NCBI RefSeq assembly: GCF_018350175.1 | Contig: NC_058375.1 | Span: forward strand, 45,508,001-45,572,000 | Length of the DNA: 64,000 bases | Direction: 5' to 3' | Source of the DNA: Felis catus | Lineage: Eukaryota | Part shown: one piece after another, positions 10,203 through 22,690 of the stretch | Layout of the letters: every line of letters begins with the position of its first letter | Numbering within the stretch: position 1 is the first letter of the stretch | Notes under the pieces: model-generated | What the model saw: the letters and a program-made list of their open reading frames with translations, nothing else | What the model was told of the DNA's origin: nothing | The model's database searches: none | Made by a program: the position numbers and the translations under genes

Positions 10203-12569
10203 GTCGCACAGAGAAATTACACTTGTTCCCCAAACAAGTCGCCCTCTCTCGCCTCCAGGCTTCAGCACATATTATATCCTCCTCCTGGATTGCTCTTTAT
10301 CTCCCTTCCGCAACGAATTAATTTACACTCATCCCTTAGACCCTGGCTGCATGATAAGTCCCGCTGGCAAGGTTTCCCTGACACCTGTCACCCCCTTCCC
10401 CACCGCCTCTACCAAGCCTGGATCGAGGGCCTTTTCCACACCTTCCCTCAGCACACCAATGGTCACTGTACATGTCTATCTTCCCAGCTAGGCTGCAGGG
10501 ACCACATCTATCAGTTCAAAGCTTAATAACTCCTGGTTGAATAAACACTACTATGAATTCCATCTAAAGGGTTAGGGGAAATACCTAACATAAGCCCCCC
10601 CAAAATCACAGGTGCACAACTCTCCTCTGACATGTGAAGCCCCAAGGATGGCACACCTAACCTGGGCCTTGTTTTGCCTGGCCCCCATGGGTGGACACGT
10701 GCTTCACTTTGGCCCTGGTGCCTGCGACGTATGATTCATGCTGAAAGCACATCTGAAACTCTCATCTTTATAGCTCTTTTCTGAGAAAATTACCCAATCT
10801 GGCCGTCCTTCTGGCCCCACTCGACAGATCACAATAAGCCAGGCCAGATGGGAGGGGGGGAATGAACTCCACCATCAAATTGTCCAACGCCTGAAAAATG
10901 TTGGCTTTGGAATGATGCAGGCCCTCTCTTGTGCACTGACTAGAAACGGAGAAGGTGTGCCCTGCCAGGCCAAGGCAGTGAGGTCTCTGTGTTCCTGGCA
11001 GAGGCCCCCAAGCCAGCTCTGTCTCCACAGCAGAGCTCCCTGCCAGGTGGGGCGTCACAGCTGCGGAATCAGAGACGTTGTGCAAGAAGAGAAAGAAGTG
11101 TCCAACTCAGCGAAAGGACTCTTGGAGAGCAAGCTTGGGGGAGAGTGGGAGTCCCGAGCGAGGCCAAGAATCATGAAATCAAGTCCACGTGGCAAGAGCT
11201 AAGGATCTTAGCCGCAGCAAGGTCTAGAGGGAAGCGAACGAGCAAACGTCAGGGGGGAGAATGAGCGTGGTCAGAACACACAAGGAATTCCAGTGTTTCC
11301 TTACAGCCTGCTGTTTGTTGCAGAACTTTCTACGGAGTCAGGTTGTGTATTAATTTATTCACCAGGCATTTATGGGGGCCTTTGGACTTAGCTCACTTGA
11401 TGTGCACAACTACCCTTGCTTCTATTATTATGGCCATTTTAGAAATGAGGAAATTAAATTTCAGTGAGGCTCACAAGTGATCAAAGTGGGCTTTATGCCC
11501 AGGGCTTGTCTGATCCAAAGCCCCTGTTCTGGCTTGGAGCCCATCCCGAACCCCCTCGTGGGCTGAACGACCCTGAGCAAAGGCATTCTCTCTTACCTCA
11601 TCTATAAAACGAGGGTGCTGTAACCACTGACACCATCTGTATAAAACAATTTGGTCACCCACAGGCATCATGCAAATCTGAGTTGCATGTATTTGTTTAT
11701 TTGCCTGCTTGTTTCTTTATATTTTTTTTTTCATTCTGCAACAAAGCCTACATAAGACCACACACAGTAAAATAACACCGTCCAGTAACGTGAAGACCAG
11801 TGCAGATGTACAAAAGAGATTAGTTTCTCCGCCTGATAAATCTTCACAGAGAAAGACTTCGCAGGCACAAATAAAACCCAAGGAATCCAATCTCACATTC
11901 ATAAAATCATTCATTCAACAAACCCTTCCTAAGCCGCCGCATTGGGCCAAACCCGAGTGCAGCATATAAATCATGAATAAAACACAGTCCCTGCCCTCAA
12001 GGATCTCAGAGCCTAGAAGAGAAAACAGAGTAATAAACAGGCCACTTTACAAGAGTGCCCAGCACTACAGGAAAGAAAAACACAGCAAACTGCAAGTTTG
12101 GGGAGTGACGGAAGGGCACCTAACCCGAGAAAGCCCTCCTGGAGGCAGGAACTTGTGATTTTCCGCCCCGCCCCCTCCCCGAACGAACTGGATTCTGGGG
12201 GTGAAAGAAGAGTGGGGAGGAGTGGGTGTGTGAGTTGGCAGGTCTCTCGAACTGCAAATAATTGGCCTGGCTGAGGCTTAAAGGTGTAGGGGAGAGTGGG
12301 CTACGTATGACGAAGTTCCTCAAGCTACGAGAACTCCCCTCACTGTGCTCACGAGTGTCCCCATATCCAGAGCCCAGTGAGACATCAGAGAGTCTTCCAG
12401 AGCCTCCGAGGGCCCTGTGCCTCACTCAGATCCATTAGCTTCTCTAGCCGCTCCTACAGGTAGGCCTTAACGACCTCGTAGCTACGCCACATCTCACTTC
12501 CCCTACAAGCAAAGACAGGCAGCCCAAAGCTGCCTAGATTATGCCCATTCCCCTTAGCTAAATGCTTCA

Positions 12570-13030
12570 AGCCCTAAGTTAGACCGGCCCACCTTCAAAG
12601 CCTGGCATAGCCACTTACTCGCTGTACAAACTGGGCAAGTAATTAACCTTCTTGTGCCTGTTTCCTCGTCTGTAAGGAGGGGTGACAGCATCTACCGCAT
12701 GAGGTTTGTGTGAAAATTCAATGAGATAATACAGGGGCGCCTGGGGGGCTCAGTCGGTTAAGCGTCCGACTTCGGCTCAGGGCATGATCTCACGGTTCGT
12801 GAGTTCGAGCCCCGTGTCGGGCTCTGCACCGACAGCTGGGAGCCCGGAGCCTGCTTCGGATCCTGTGCCTCCCTCTCTCTCTGCCCCTACCCCACTCGCT
12901 CACGTGCTCTCGCTGTCTCTCTCTCAAAAAATAAACGTTAAAAATGAAAAAAAATATAAAAGAGATAATACAAAGAACAGAGAGCCGCGCCTCACACACA
13001 GCAATGACGCAACGTTAACTATCATTGTGA
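12570..13030 (+). mobile_element. MIR split by a SINEC
   Basis: GCCACTTACTCGCTGTACAAACTGGGCAAGTAATTAACC...GTTTCCTCGTCTGTAA; continues after the SINE. Confidence 0.8.
12734..12961 (+). mobile_element. CAN-SINE (SINEC_Fc)
   Basis: Head GGGGCGCCTGG; TSD GAGATAATACA. Confidence 0.97.
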
Positions 13031-13383
13031 TAATGACCCAAAGCATCAACTTCTACAATTCCAGCCACTTTATTTTTAACTTCAATTATTTCCAGGGACG
13101 GGGGCGGGGGGGGGGGGGAGATATGGATGAAGAGTGAGAGTGAGAAGAAAACACAAGAATCACTGATTAACATAGGGAAAAAACACAAAAACCCACACCA
13201 TAAAGTCTCACACGGCCGCGATGGTCGAGTTTCAAGTTTGACGTCCAGTTTCCTGGCAGCCAAAGCAAAAAGGAGAACCAATTCATAATTACTTTCCCAG
13301 AACAGAACTTCTGAAAGAATTCCTCCCTCTGGCTTCACACAGGAGGCGCTACGTGAGGAAGCGCACAATATTCGCAGGGCTGT

Positions 13384-13791
13384 GTGGACCAGTCTGCTCG
13401 GGCCGCCATCACAAAGCACCAGAGACCGGGGGGCTTGAACGACGGACACTTAATTCTCTCACAGAATATTCTCGTCACGGCCTTATTCTGGAGGCTGGAA
13501 GTCAGAGATCAAGGTGTCGGCAGGATTGTTTTTTCTGAGCCCTCTCTCCTGGGCTTCTGTAGACAGCCTCCTGGCTGCGACTTCACACGGTCCTCCCTCT
13601 GTGTATATCTGGGTCCTAATCTCTTCTTATCAGGACAGCAGTCATAATGGATTATAGCCTACCTGTAGGACCTCATTTCACCTGGATTATCTCCTTCAAG
13701 GCCCTATCTCCAAAGACAGCTACGTTCTGAAGTTCTGGAGGTTAGGACTTCGACACAGGAACTGAAAGGGGACACAGTTCACCCCATAACA
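13384..13791 (-). mobile_element. MaLR solo LTR (MLT1A/B-like)
   Basis: AGTCTGCTCGGGCCGCCATCACAAAGCACC...CTGGAGGCTGGAAGTCAGAGATCAAGGTGTCGGCAGG...CACAGTTCACCCCATAACA. Confidence 0.88.
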
Positions 13792-15449
13792 GTGTCTCTG
13801 CCTCAAAGGCAATGAAGACATAACCCCGCCTGATTTTGCACAAGATACCCTGAGGATGCTTCCACTGCACTCCTGATGGCTCAGCTTGATTCCAGAAGAG
13901 AACCCAGAGCATCCAGGGAGGTGAAAAAGTCATTTACATTCCAAAGATCTTTTGGGAAGATCACATCCCTCAGGCAGTGCTGGGAGGTGAAGGTGGGGCA
14001 AGAGACATGGTGCCCCTGCTTCTCCTGGTGAGCCTGGAGTGCATTCAGTCTGAGGTATTGGCAGAGGCTCTCAAAGGTAGTGTTATTTTGAGGCAGGTTG
14101 CTCTAACAGTAATGTACGGCTAAGACAAAACAGGGAAAGCAGTTAAGAAAGGGCTGTAACTACCCAGGGTCAAAGACGCAGATCTAAAACTGGCTTCACA
14201 GAGGCCACGGTTAAGAACACGGTGTCTGCAGCCCAACTGTGGCAATTCAAAGTCCCGCTCTACCATTTACTGTTTGTGGGATCTTGAGCAAGTTATCAAG
14301 CTCCTTTGTTCCTTGGTGTTTCCCCCTTTGTAACGTGGGAATCAAAATAGTACCTAATCCCACAGAGTCGGCACATGGATCGAATGAGAGTAGTGTGATC
14401 AACCCTACATGATATACATGTGGGGTGGGCCGGTGGGGATTCAGGAAGGCTTTCCGGTAGAGGTTACCTCTGAGCCACCTCAAATAAAGGAGGAGTTGGT
14501 CAAATGTATCTGAACAGAGAGGAACTTCCCGCCTTAGGGAACAGCCTTACAAAGGCACCTGCATCCTGTTCAGAAAGCCATGCCGTCACTATGGATGGCC
14601 ACAAGTATGCCCTCCTCCTCTCCTTTCAAGCACAGGTTAGGACAGCATTGCCCCGCCTTTATCCTGAAGGAAAGTCAATGGATCTTATGACACGGTTCAG
14701 ATTTAACAAGCCATCCCGGAGGCAGGGATAGCAAATGGGGGGCTGGTGCAACACGCAGGCAACGAGGCCTGGTACAGGGGACCAGAAAGGCAGCCGTGCT
14801 GGTCTCCATTGACCTGCATACAGAGCAATTTGTCTGACTCCATGCAGAAGGGGAGTTTGTGGTCCAGCCAGTGAGGGAACCATCAGCCTGGCCTCGTGTG
14901 ATCTGCCGTGGCTTTAGTTTCATCTTGTAGCTACTGGCTGTGAGGAATTATTCCACAGATCCATCAGGGTAGAAGGCTTTGCCCCAATGAAGTATTTTGG
15001 ATCCATTTCAAGGTCATTTTCACATTTCAAGGAAATTTTCCTCTTGTTTTTCTTCCAGCCCAGGCCAGACTTCAAAACCTCCAGCTTTTCAAAGCACTCC
15101 AGCTGGGGTGGGGATTTTTCCCTCCTGTATTTTTTTTCCTCCACAAATGATAGGCCATAAAAGAAGAGACAAAGAGGAAAAGCCAGTGATTGTTGGGATA
15201 AGTCTGCACCATCCACACAGAAGAGATCTGGGGCTGGGGTGGATAGGGAAAGCCACGCAAAATAGATGGGTGATGATGTGAAGCCACCACATCAAACTCC
15301 GTTCCACGGATCTGAGCTATCGTATTTTGAGAATCCCAGTGTTCATCTTCTTAAGCGTAGGAGAAGATCACCACCATAAAAGAGCTCCGTAGGAACTGTG
15401 TTGGCAAAATGACAGTAATAGCCACGAGAGAGGTTTGTTCAAAACCCAC

Positions 15450-15665
15450 TCTGAAGATTAAGAGGTACAAACTTCCAGTTACATCGTAATAACATCCAGT
15501 CATATTACTTCCGGTAACGTTGCAATAACTTTGCACAGAGACAGACAGTAAGTACACACTCACTTAACCATGGTGAGCATCTTACAGCATATTTAATTGT
15601 GGAATCACTATGTTGCACACCTGAAATTAATATGCTCTTGTATGCCAACTACACTTCAACTAAAA
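15450..15665 (+). mobile_element. L1 3' terminal fragment (L1MA9/L1_Carn-like)
   Basis: AAGAGGTACAAACTTCCAGTTA...GAATCACTATGTTGCACACCTGAAATTAATAT...AACTACACTTCAA. Confidence 0.85.
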
Positions 15666-15725
15666 TAGAAAGAGTACAAGTTAAAAAAATAATTACCTCG
15701 AGGCTTTTAAGATGTTTGTACACCA

Positions 15726-15948
15726 GGGGCGCCTGGGTGGCGCAGTCGGCTAAGCGTCTGACTTCAGCCAGGTCACGATCTCGCGGTCCGTGAGTTCGAG
15801 CCCCGTGTCAGGCTCTGGGCTGATGGCTCAGAACCTGGAGCCTGTTTCCGATTCTGTGTCTCCCTCTCTCTCTGCCCCTCCCCCATTCATGCTCTGTCTC
15901 TCTCTGTCCCAAAAAAAAAAAAATAAATAAACGTTGAAAAAAAAAAAA
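15726..15948 (+). mobile_element. CAN-SINE, young felid subfamily
   Basis: Diagnostic GTGGCGCAGTCGG / CAGCCAGGTCACGATCTCGCGG; perfect 17-bp TSD AAGATGTTTGTACACCA. Confidence 0.98.
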
Positions 15949-16079
15949 AAGATGTTTGTACACCATAATTTCTTTCATGGTGATTTTCATATTATTTCAT
16001 CAGCTTTGGCCGAGAGCAAGTCACAGTGATATGGAGGCAGAGCTCGTACACAGGCGCGACGACATCAGGAATTATTTAA

Positions 16080-16297
16080 AAAAAAAATTTTTTTTTTAAC
16101 GTTTATTTATTTTTGAGACAGAGAGAGACAGAGCATGAACGGGGGAGGGGCAGAGAGAGGGAGACACAGAATCTGAAACAGGCTCCAGGCTCTGAGCTGT
16201 CAGCACAGAGCCCGACGGGGGCTCGAACTCACGGACCGTGAGATCATGACCTGAGCCGAAGTCGGCAGCTTAACCGACTGAGCCACCCAGGCGCCCC
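16080..16297 (-). mobile_element. CAN-SINE (SINEC_Fc)
   Basis: Reverse copy; TSD AGGAATTATTTAA. Confidence 0.98.
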
Positions 16298-16791
16298 AGG
16301 AATTATTTAATTTCTATGTAATGAAGTAGAACTCAGACCAAGTTGAAGTTCTACCACTTGCTATGTGATCTTGGGCAAATCCGACAACTTTCTGAGCCTT
16401 GGTTTCCTCCTCTGTACATTGAGGACAATGATCCCTACCACCCAGGATGGTTGTGACGATTCAGTGGGAAAACTGGCATATTAACCGATGTTCCATAAAT
16501 CTCAGTTATTTCCGCGAAGAAAGAAATACATGGATTTGGAGCCAATGAACATAGGATAAAGATCCAGTTCTGGCATCTCCCAATCACGTGGTGTTGGACA
16601 CATGTCATTTGTCTATATTCCATGGAATAGGGGGACAGTACTTTCCCAAATTAAACAGCATGACGTACTTGACGTTCAACATAGTCTTTATCCTCTAGAA
16701 AGCAGTCTGAAGTGTTGCCTTGCGTTGGAGTTGTAACCTAAGTGAGACCAAGGTGAAGAAGCAACGGCGAAGTGAGCGGAAAAAACATACA

Positions 16792-16955
16792 GGGGCTCCT
16801 GGGTGGCTCAGTCGGTAAAGCGTCCAACTTCAGCTCAGGTCACGATCGCACAGTTTGTGAGTTCAAGCACCGTGTCAGACTCTGTGCTGACAGCTCAGAG
16901 CCTGGGGCCTGCTTCAGATCCTGTGTCTCCCTCTCTCTGTGTTCCTCTCCTGCTT

Positions 16956-17004
<49 letters not shown>

Positions 17005-17036
17005 AATAAACATTAAAAACTTTTTAATTAAAAAGA
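16792..17036 (+). mobile_element. CAN-SINE with expanded (CT)n
   Basis: SINEC head; (CT) repeat of about 20 units at 16961-17001; A tail. Confidence 0.96.
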
Positions 17037-19174
17037 AGAAATACGAAAACTAATGTAATGTGTAGACTCCTCACTCTTTGTGAGGAGTGGCAAAGAGACG
17101 TTCATCCTGCAAAGGCATGTTCATTCCTTCAGTGGATAGGACTTTCTAGAAGGTTTTCAAGCAGACACTGCCATTCGGCACTCCTTAGGAGGAGAAGACA
17201 TAGTGTCTGCCTTGTTCCTCCTGGTCTCCCCGCCCCATTGATCAAGGTTGACCCCATGGGGAGCCAGTTTCCCACACCTGAGTGGAATCGCTTGGCCCCT
17301 GAAGAGCTGATCAGGAAGCCTTTCAACTATCTCAGTGGAAAGGTGGCTCTGTGTGGTCCAAGCAAGCCCAGGCCCTGTGAGCCCAGACAGCTCACAGAGC
17401 TCGGTCACCACAGTGGCCTCAGAACACCCCATGCAGTGCTCCACCCTTGGGCGGGGGGGGAAGTGGCATCCATAGCACAGACCACGAGTAAGATTCCAAT
17501 TTTTTAAAAGACGCTTTAAAAACTTCAATGTGACCTGTCCGTTTTAGAAACCAGCAATCGGAGACCCAGCAAAGGAAACGGACTTCCCCAAGTCACACAG
17601 CTGCCATTGGCCAAGTCCCTTAGACCTGCTCCTCAGATTCTAATACGTTGGTCAATCTACTTGCCAGTCTGGTTACGAAGGAGATTCTGATCCAGGATGT
17701 CTGAGCCGAGATGGGGGTTTGTGGACCACTTTTCGAATAGCAAGGCTTTCAACCTCCACGGTCTCCTTGGAAATCCGGACTAAGCACCATATAAAATGAG
17801 CCTTGGCATACTTCCTTCTTTCATCTACCACCTCAATTCAGATTGGTCTTCCTTAACCATCACTTGCACCTGATTCTATCCTGCTTCGGAACTTCTGGTG
17901 ACTTCACCTCTTATTTTCTCAGTGCTGTCCTTGCTGCCTTGGCCCCGCAAGATGACTTCATACTTCTCTCTTCTTTCTTGGCTAAGATTTTGGCTACCCC
18001 AGACAGGCCCACTTAAGCATATCACTATGCTGCCTCAAGTTGCGTTGAGTAAATGCTCTCCCTCTATAACTTGGATCCTCCAGCCCCAGTGCACTCCTCC
18101 GGGCCAACGCCTCCAACAGGCTCCACCAGCTTCTGTTGTGTGAAAACCACACTGCAGAGATCCCAAATCCTTCATGCAGTTTCTGCTATACCATCCAGCC
18201 TTAACTGAAGGGGACTGGTAGGGCATGAAAATATCTTTGTGCTGGAACGCGTGCTTGTTTCCAAACAAACAGAGCTTATGGCCAAACAGGAATACTCTGC
18301 TTTCCTAAAAATCACAACCAAAATAGACTCACTTTCCTGTTGACCCTACGTATGAATCGGATTATGCTCCAGAGTGACTGATTTGCTGAATGAGTAACCA
18401 TAAGCAGATCCAAAATATCTATTAGAGCCTACAATCTTCAACAGCATAGCATAGAGAACAAAATGGCCTAGAGTTAGTCAGCAAAGGAGAAACTGAGTCC
18501 TCATAGGGTTGGCCTAAGGGTTAAATTTTCCCACCACATAAGCACCAGCAAACGTTAGCCAGCATTGTATCAGCTGAAACTCTACCCCTTTTACTCACAC
18601 CCAACAAAGTATATTGGAATGCAAGCAAATGAGAGCGAAAAGAGAAAATAAGTCTTAATAAACTTAAGAAGAATGAAGTCATAAGAAGCATGGTTTCCTA
18701 CCACAACAGAATATGTTATGGATATAGCAGGTAAACATTTGGGCTAATTGTATCAGGAACCGAGAATTTGAGTATGTGCGAAAAAAAGATACGAGTATCA
18801 ATCCAATAAGGTTAAACTCTAAAACAGTACATTTGGATTGGAAATGATTAGCTTAATCTGTGATTTTTCTCAAGGTAAATATTGTCCAGTTATGTCCACT
18901 AAAAGGGGCTAGAAGCAAACACAACCTCACAGCAGTGAGCATCCCTGGCACCCAAATTGTGGCTTATAAACATCAGTCCCCTCCTAAACAAACAGGGATT
19001 CCTCCAAGAAATGGATGATGTTTAAGACCCAGAGCAAAAAATTTCCAGGGGCTTCTTGTACCAGAAGGTACGAAAGCTATCAAGGACCACTGATGGTTTG
19101 ATAAAAGGACTGGTGGCCAAAAAAAGTTGGCTGCAATGTACTGAAACACACTGCATTTAAAAACCCACGTGTTC

Positions 19175-19385
19175 GGGGCCCCTGGGTGGCTCAGTCGGAT
19201 AAGCGTCTGACTTCGGCTCGGGTCACGATCTCATGGTCCATGAGTTCGAGCCCCGTGTCGGGCTCTGTGCTGACAGCTAGGAGCCTGGAGCCTGCTTCGG
19301 ATTCTGTGTCTCCCTCTCTCTCTCTGCTCCTCCCCCGTTCATGCTCTGTCTCTCTCTGTCTCAAAAATAAACAAACATTAAAAAA
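19175..19385 (+). mobile_element. CAN-SINE (SINEC_Fc)
   Basis: TSD AAAAC(C/T)CACGTGTTC. Confidence 0.97.
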
Positions 19386-19495
19386 AAAACTCACGTGTTC
19401 ATTATGATATCAACAGGAAAATGAATAAATAACTTCAACATCCTCCACGTTCACCCTTAGTGGTCACTAGGCACCAGCTTGTAACTGAAATCCAG

Positions 19496-19654
19496 NNNNN
19501 NNNNNNNNNNNNNNNNNNNNNNNNNNNNNNNNNNNNNNNNNNNNNNNNNNNNNNNNNNNNNNNNNNNNNNNNNNNNNNNNNNNNNNNNNNNNNNNNNNNN
19601 NNNNNNNNNNNNNNNNNNNNNNNNNNNNNNNNNNNNNNNNNNNNNNNNNNNNNN
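19496..19654. other. Assembly gap
   Basis: Run of N. Confidence 1.
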
Positions 19655-20984
19655 TTTCAAAGAAAAATGTTTCAGGATAATCAGATATTCACAATTTGTG
19701 AGCATAATGGATCCTTACAGAGTAATTCCAGCCCATAAACGTGAAAGGATGATGGAATTTTAAGAATTGCCACTCTTCAACTCCTAATGAGATAATTCAT
19801 TCAGGCAAAGATTATCTGTAGATGAAACCATTAGACAAAAGGTCAAAGGGACATTTTAGAATGGAGGTAGCAGGGTATCACCATCTGAAACCCTAGACCA
19901 AATTAGCATCATTAACAGTGTTCAGACTTCACTCGACTTCTTATGTGAAGCACAAAGCAGGTGGCACCAACCATGAAATACTCTTGCAAGAAAACTTGGG
20001 CTTGAATTCCATCAAGGCGTTAGAACTAACTTCTAGTTTTACTGTAAACAGAAGGAGAAATCAACTAAATGACACCATGATGAAGCAAATATAGACACAT
20101 GCAGAATGTGGGACTTTCTGTAAGACCTGGTTCTTCAATAAGAAAATGGTATAAAAAGGGAGGGGTCAGAGAAACGGGGAGTGGAGAGGCTGTTCTAGAT
20201 TGAAGACAAGAGGTTCAAGAAACACAACCAATGGCAACAGGTGTCGATCTGATTTTGATCCTGATTTAAACAAAAATAGTAACATCCCATTCTTGAGATA
20301 AATGGAGAAATTGGAGTATGACACCAAGGCATCAGAGTGAATTCTTTTAGGTATGATGATAACCTTATGGTTAGCTAGAAAATGTCCATATTCCTAAAAG
20401 ATGTATCCTCAACTATTCATGAATGAAATGACATATGAGATCTGGGATTCAAAGAGACAACACTTGAGTAGGGTTTGGGTGGGAGGAGATGGTGAAGCAA
20501 GACAGGCAAAATCCTGAGATATAGATATATCTAGATAGATAGATAGATAAGATATTGGAGTTTATTAAACTATGTTACGTTAGAGTAGTAGTAGGTAGCA
20601 TAACCTCACCATGTTGGTGTTGTTTGAAAGCTTTTGTAATAAAAGTACTTTCAAATAACATAGGAAAATCTTAAATCAGACTTAATACACGTTGTTAAAA
20701 ATCATTTACAAACTTTGATTTTTTTTTTATGAACAGCAAAAACTACCCCGTTGTACCACCCACCACCACGCCAAGCGAGGCATCAACGCTTGTTAACCGC
20801 TAATGTGCGTGCTCCCTCCCTGCACAACCTGGTTTGAATCAAACGGGTGTACTCATTTGTCACCCGCCAGACTGTGGCTTGGAAGCAAGAGTTGTGTCTT
20901 ACTGAAGTATGAACCCCAGCACTGGCATATACACAGTGCTCAGAGTAGATGCACTTAATATGTGAATGTTCAGAAGAATCAACC

Positions 20985-21125
20985 AGAGACTGTTTAAAAT
21001 GCTGACACCTGGGCATTAACCCACAACTTCTGATGCAGAGTCGGTGTGGGTTCTGGGGAATCTTCATTTTTACGAAATTTTCCAGTGATTCTTATGCACA
21101 TTTTTCAAGCCCACACCTTGAGAGA
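20985..21125. mobile_element. MER5-type hAT MITE
   Basis: GAATCAACCAGAGACTGTTTAAAATGCTGAC...CCAGTGATTCTTATGCACA. Confidence 0.6.
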
Positions 21126-21614
21126 CATTCACTTGTCTGGACCTTATTATTAAGCAGCCATGTAGGACTCAGGGGAGCTGAGGAATAAGTAAAGCCAATA
21201 GACAAATGGATGGCAGACAGCTATACTCCTCAGTTTCAGAGGCTCTGATTTCTGAGGTTTAAATAATGAGAAGGACTGATTACTAAACGCAAAGGAATAC
21301 AGGGCAGCTTCCAATGCGGCATTTGATTTCAATTCTATTTTTACTTAAATGGAAACTTCTGCAGGAGTCGAAAGCAAAGCTTCTTGATTGCAGACAGCGC
21401 AGCCATGGATAAATGTAAATCCTAGCTTTCTAGACAGCTTTGTGAGAGGGATAAGGAGCACACGGCACTAACTAGCGTGATTGTACAAGGCATGTGCTTA
21501 TAATAAGACTTAAACGAACACGGGCTTCCTCTGAGTCCAATTATAAAATTTCTCATTCTCTCCCATCAGCCCCACAAGAGTCTGCTTGAATCAGCCAGCT
21601 CACTGGCTAGAGCA

Positions 21615-21693
21615 ATATTGTTTCCATACAATTCCTTATCCCATGCCGCCATACTGTTTCCATACAATTCCTTATCCCATGCCGCCATACTGT
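21615..21693. repeat. 36-bp tandem duplication (2.2 copies)
   Basis: ATA(T/C)TGTTTCCATACAATTCCTTATCCCATGCCGCC twice, then ATACTGT. Confidence 0.98.
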
Positions 21694-22329
21694 CAGTGGT
21701 GGGTAGTTCATTGCCTCATGAACCTAGAATTGCCCACCACTAGAGTTCAAGTAGAGAACAGACAAATGGTCACTGAATGATCCTTCTGCCAAAGAGATCC
21801 CACTCAGGGTCTTCAGGAGAAAGGCCCAAGATTCCTGGGAACTCTGTTTCCCAGTTGCCCCCTTGTTCCTCCCTGTGTCCATGATTAGCAAATGTTCTGC
21901 TTCTGCATTTTGGCTCTTCTCCCACGTCTCTGCCTGACCAGGTCCCGCTCATCTACTGAGCCACAGCCCAAGGATCAGCTGTGTGGGGAAGGTTCCTCTG
22001 ACTCCAGGGTGATATGGAAAGTCCCTCCTCTGTTCTCTTATAAGCAGCCTGACCTTACCTCCATCCTAATATAATCAACAATTACATTTTGTTTTCTCTG
22101 CCTCATCTGTGTGAACTGTATCTCACTCTGTTGTATTCCAGGTATCTTGCACAAACTTGACACGTTATAGACACTCAAACACACTCAATACAACTAACTG
22201 AATGAATTAATGAATAAGCTCTTTACCCGCAAGTCTGAGTTACTCCACTAGCCTATTCAAGTGAAGTATGTCCTCAAGTTGAAATACTAGAAACATTTTC
22301 AGGAATTTTTAAAATATCAGAGAGTTAGA

Positions 22330-22690
22330 GAAAAGCCATAAGACATGAAATGGATAGAAGTGTTTGTTTCTCAAAAAGCAATTGAAGGTGAATTTAAAAA
22401 ATCAGGGACAGGCTGATGTGCAACTGATCACTACCAAATTTAGGAGCATTTGAAAAGGGAAGAAGTGATCACTGGGATATAAATAGCGTTTCAAATCATA
22501 AATCCTGACAAATTCTCTGCCATTCGAGCATTTGGCAAATCTTATATAATGTCCACGTGAAAAGAGAAAAACATTAGCTGGAAGATAATGCCATTTAGAC
22601 AAATTTACACCTGATCAAATTCACGTATTAATGAATGTTTCAAGATTTGTCCGGAGGGAGAGTGCTGTCCTCATTTCTTTGCCTTTCCTG
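22330..22690 (+). mobile_element. L3/CR1 LINE RT fossil
   Basis: 22444-22476 EHLKREEVITG (CR1 EHLEKEAVITR); KS*Q (KSCQ); 22525-22539 RAFGK (KAFDK); REKH*LEDNAI then RQIYT*SN (MEKCGLDDNTVRWIHNWLN), with frameshifts. Confidence 0.75.

Larger units (their letters stand above)
18640..20650 (+). mobile_element. Old L1 (L1MC-like) fragments and 3' UTR
   Basis: AAAAGGGGCTAGAAGCAA...GAGCATCCCTGGCACCCAAATTGTGG...; ends AAAGCTTTTGTAATAAAAGT; interrupted by a SINEC and a gap. Confidence 0.72.

Noticed and set aside
10167-10240. Functional tRNA-Gly gene
   Set aside because: The 3' half (T-arm, B-box, acceptor strand) is absent.
17058-17528. ORFs of 149 and 123 aa on opposite strands
   Set aside because: No recognisable homology or splice signals.
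21615-21693. 36-bp repeat of CRISPR-like length
   Set aside because: No spacers, only two adjacent copies, and mammalian DNA.
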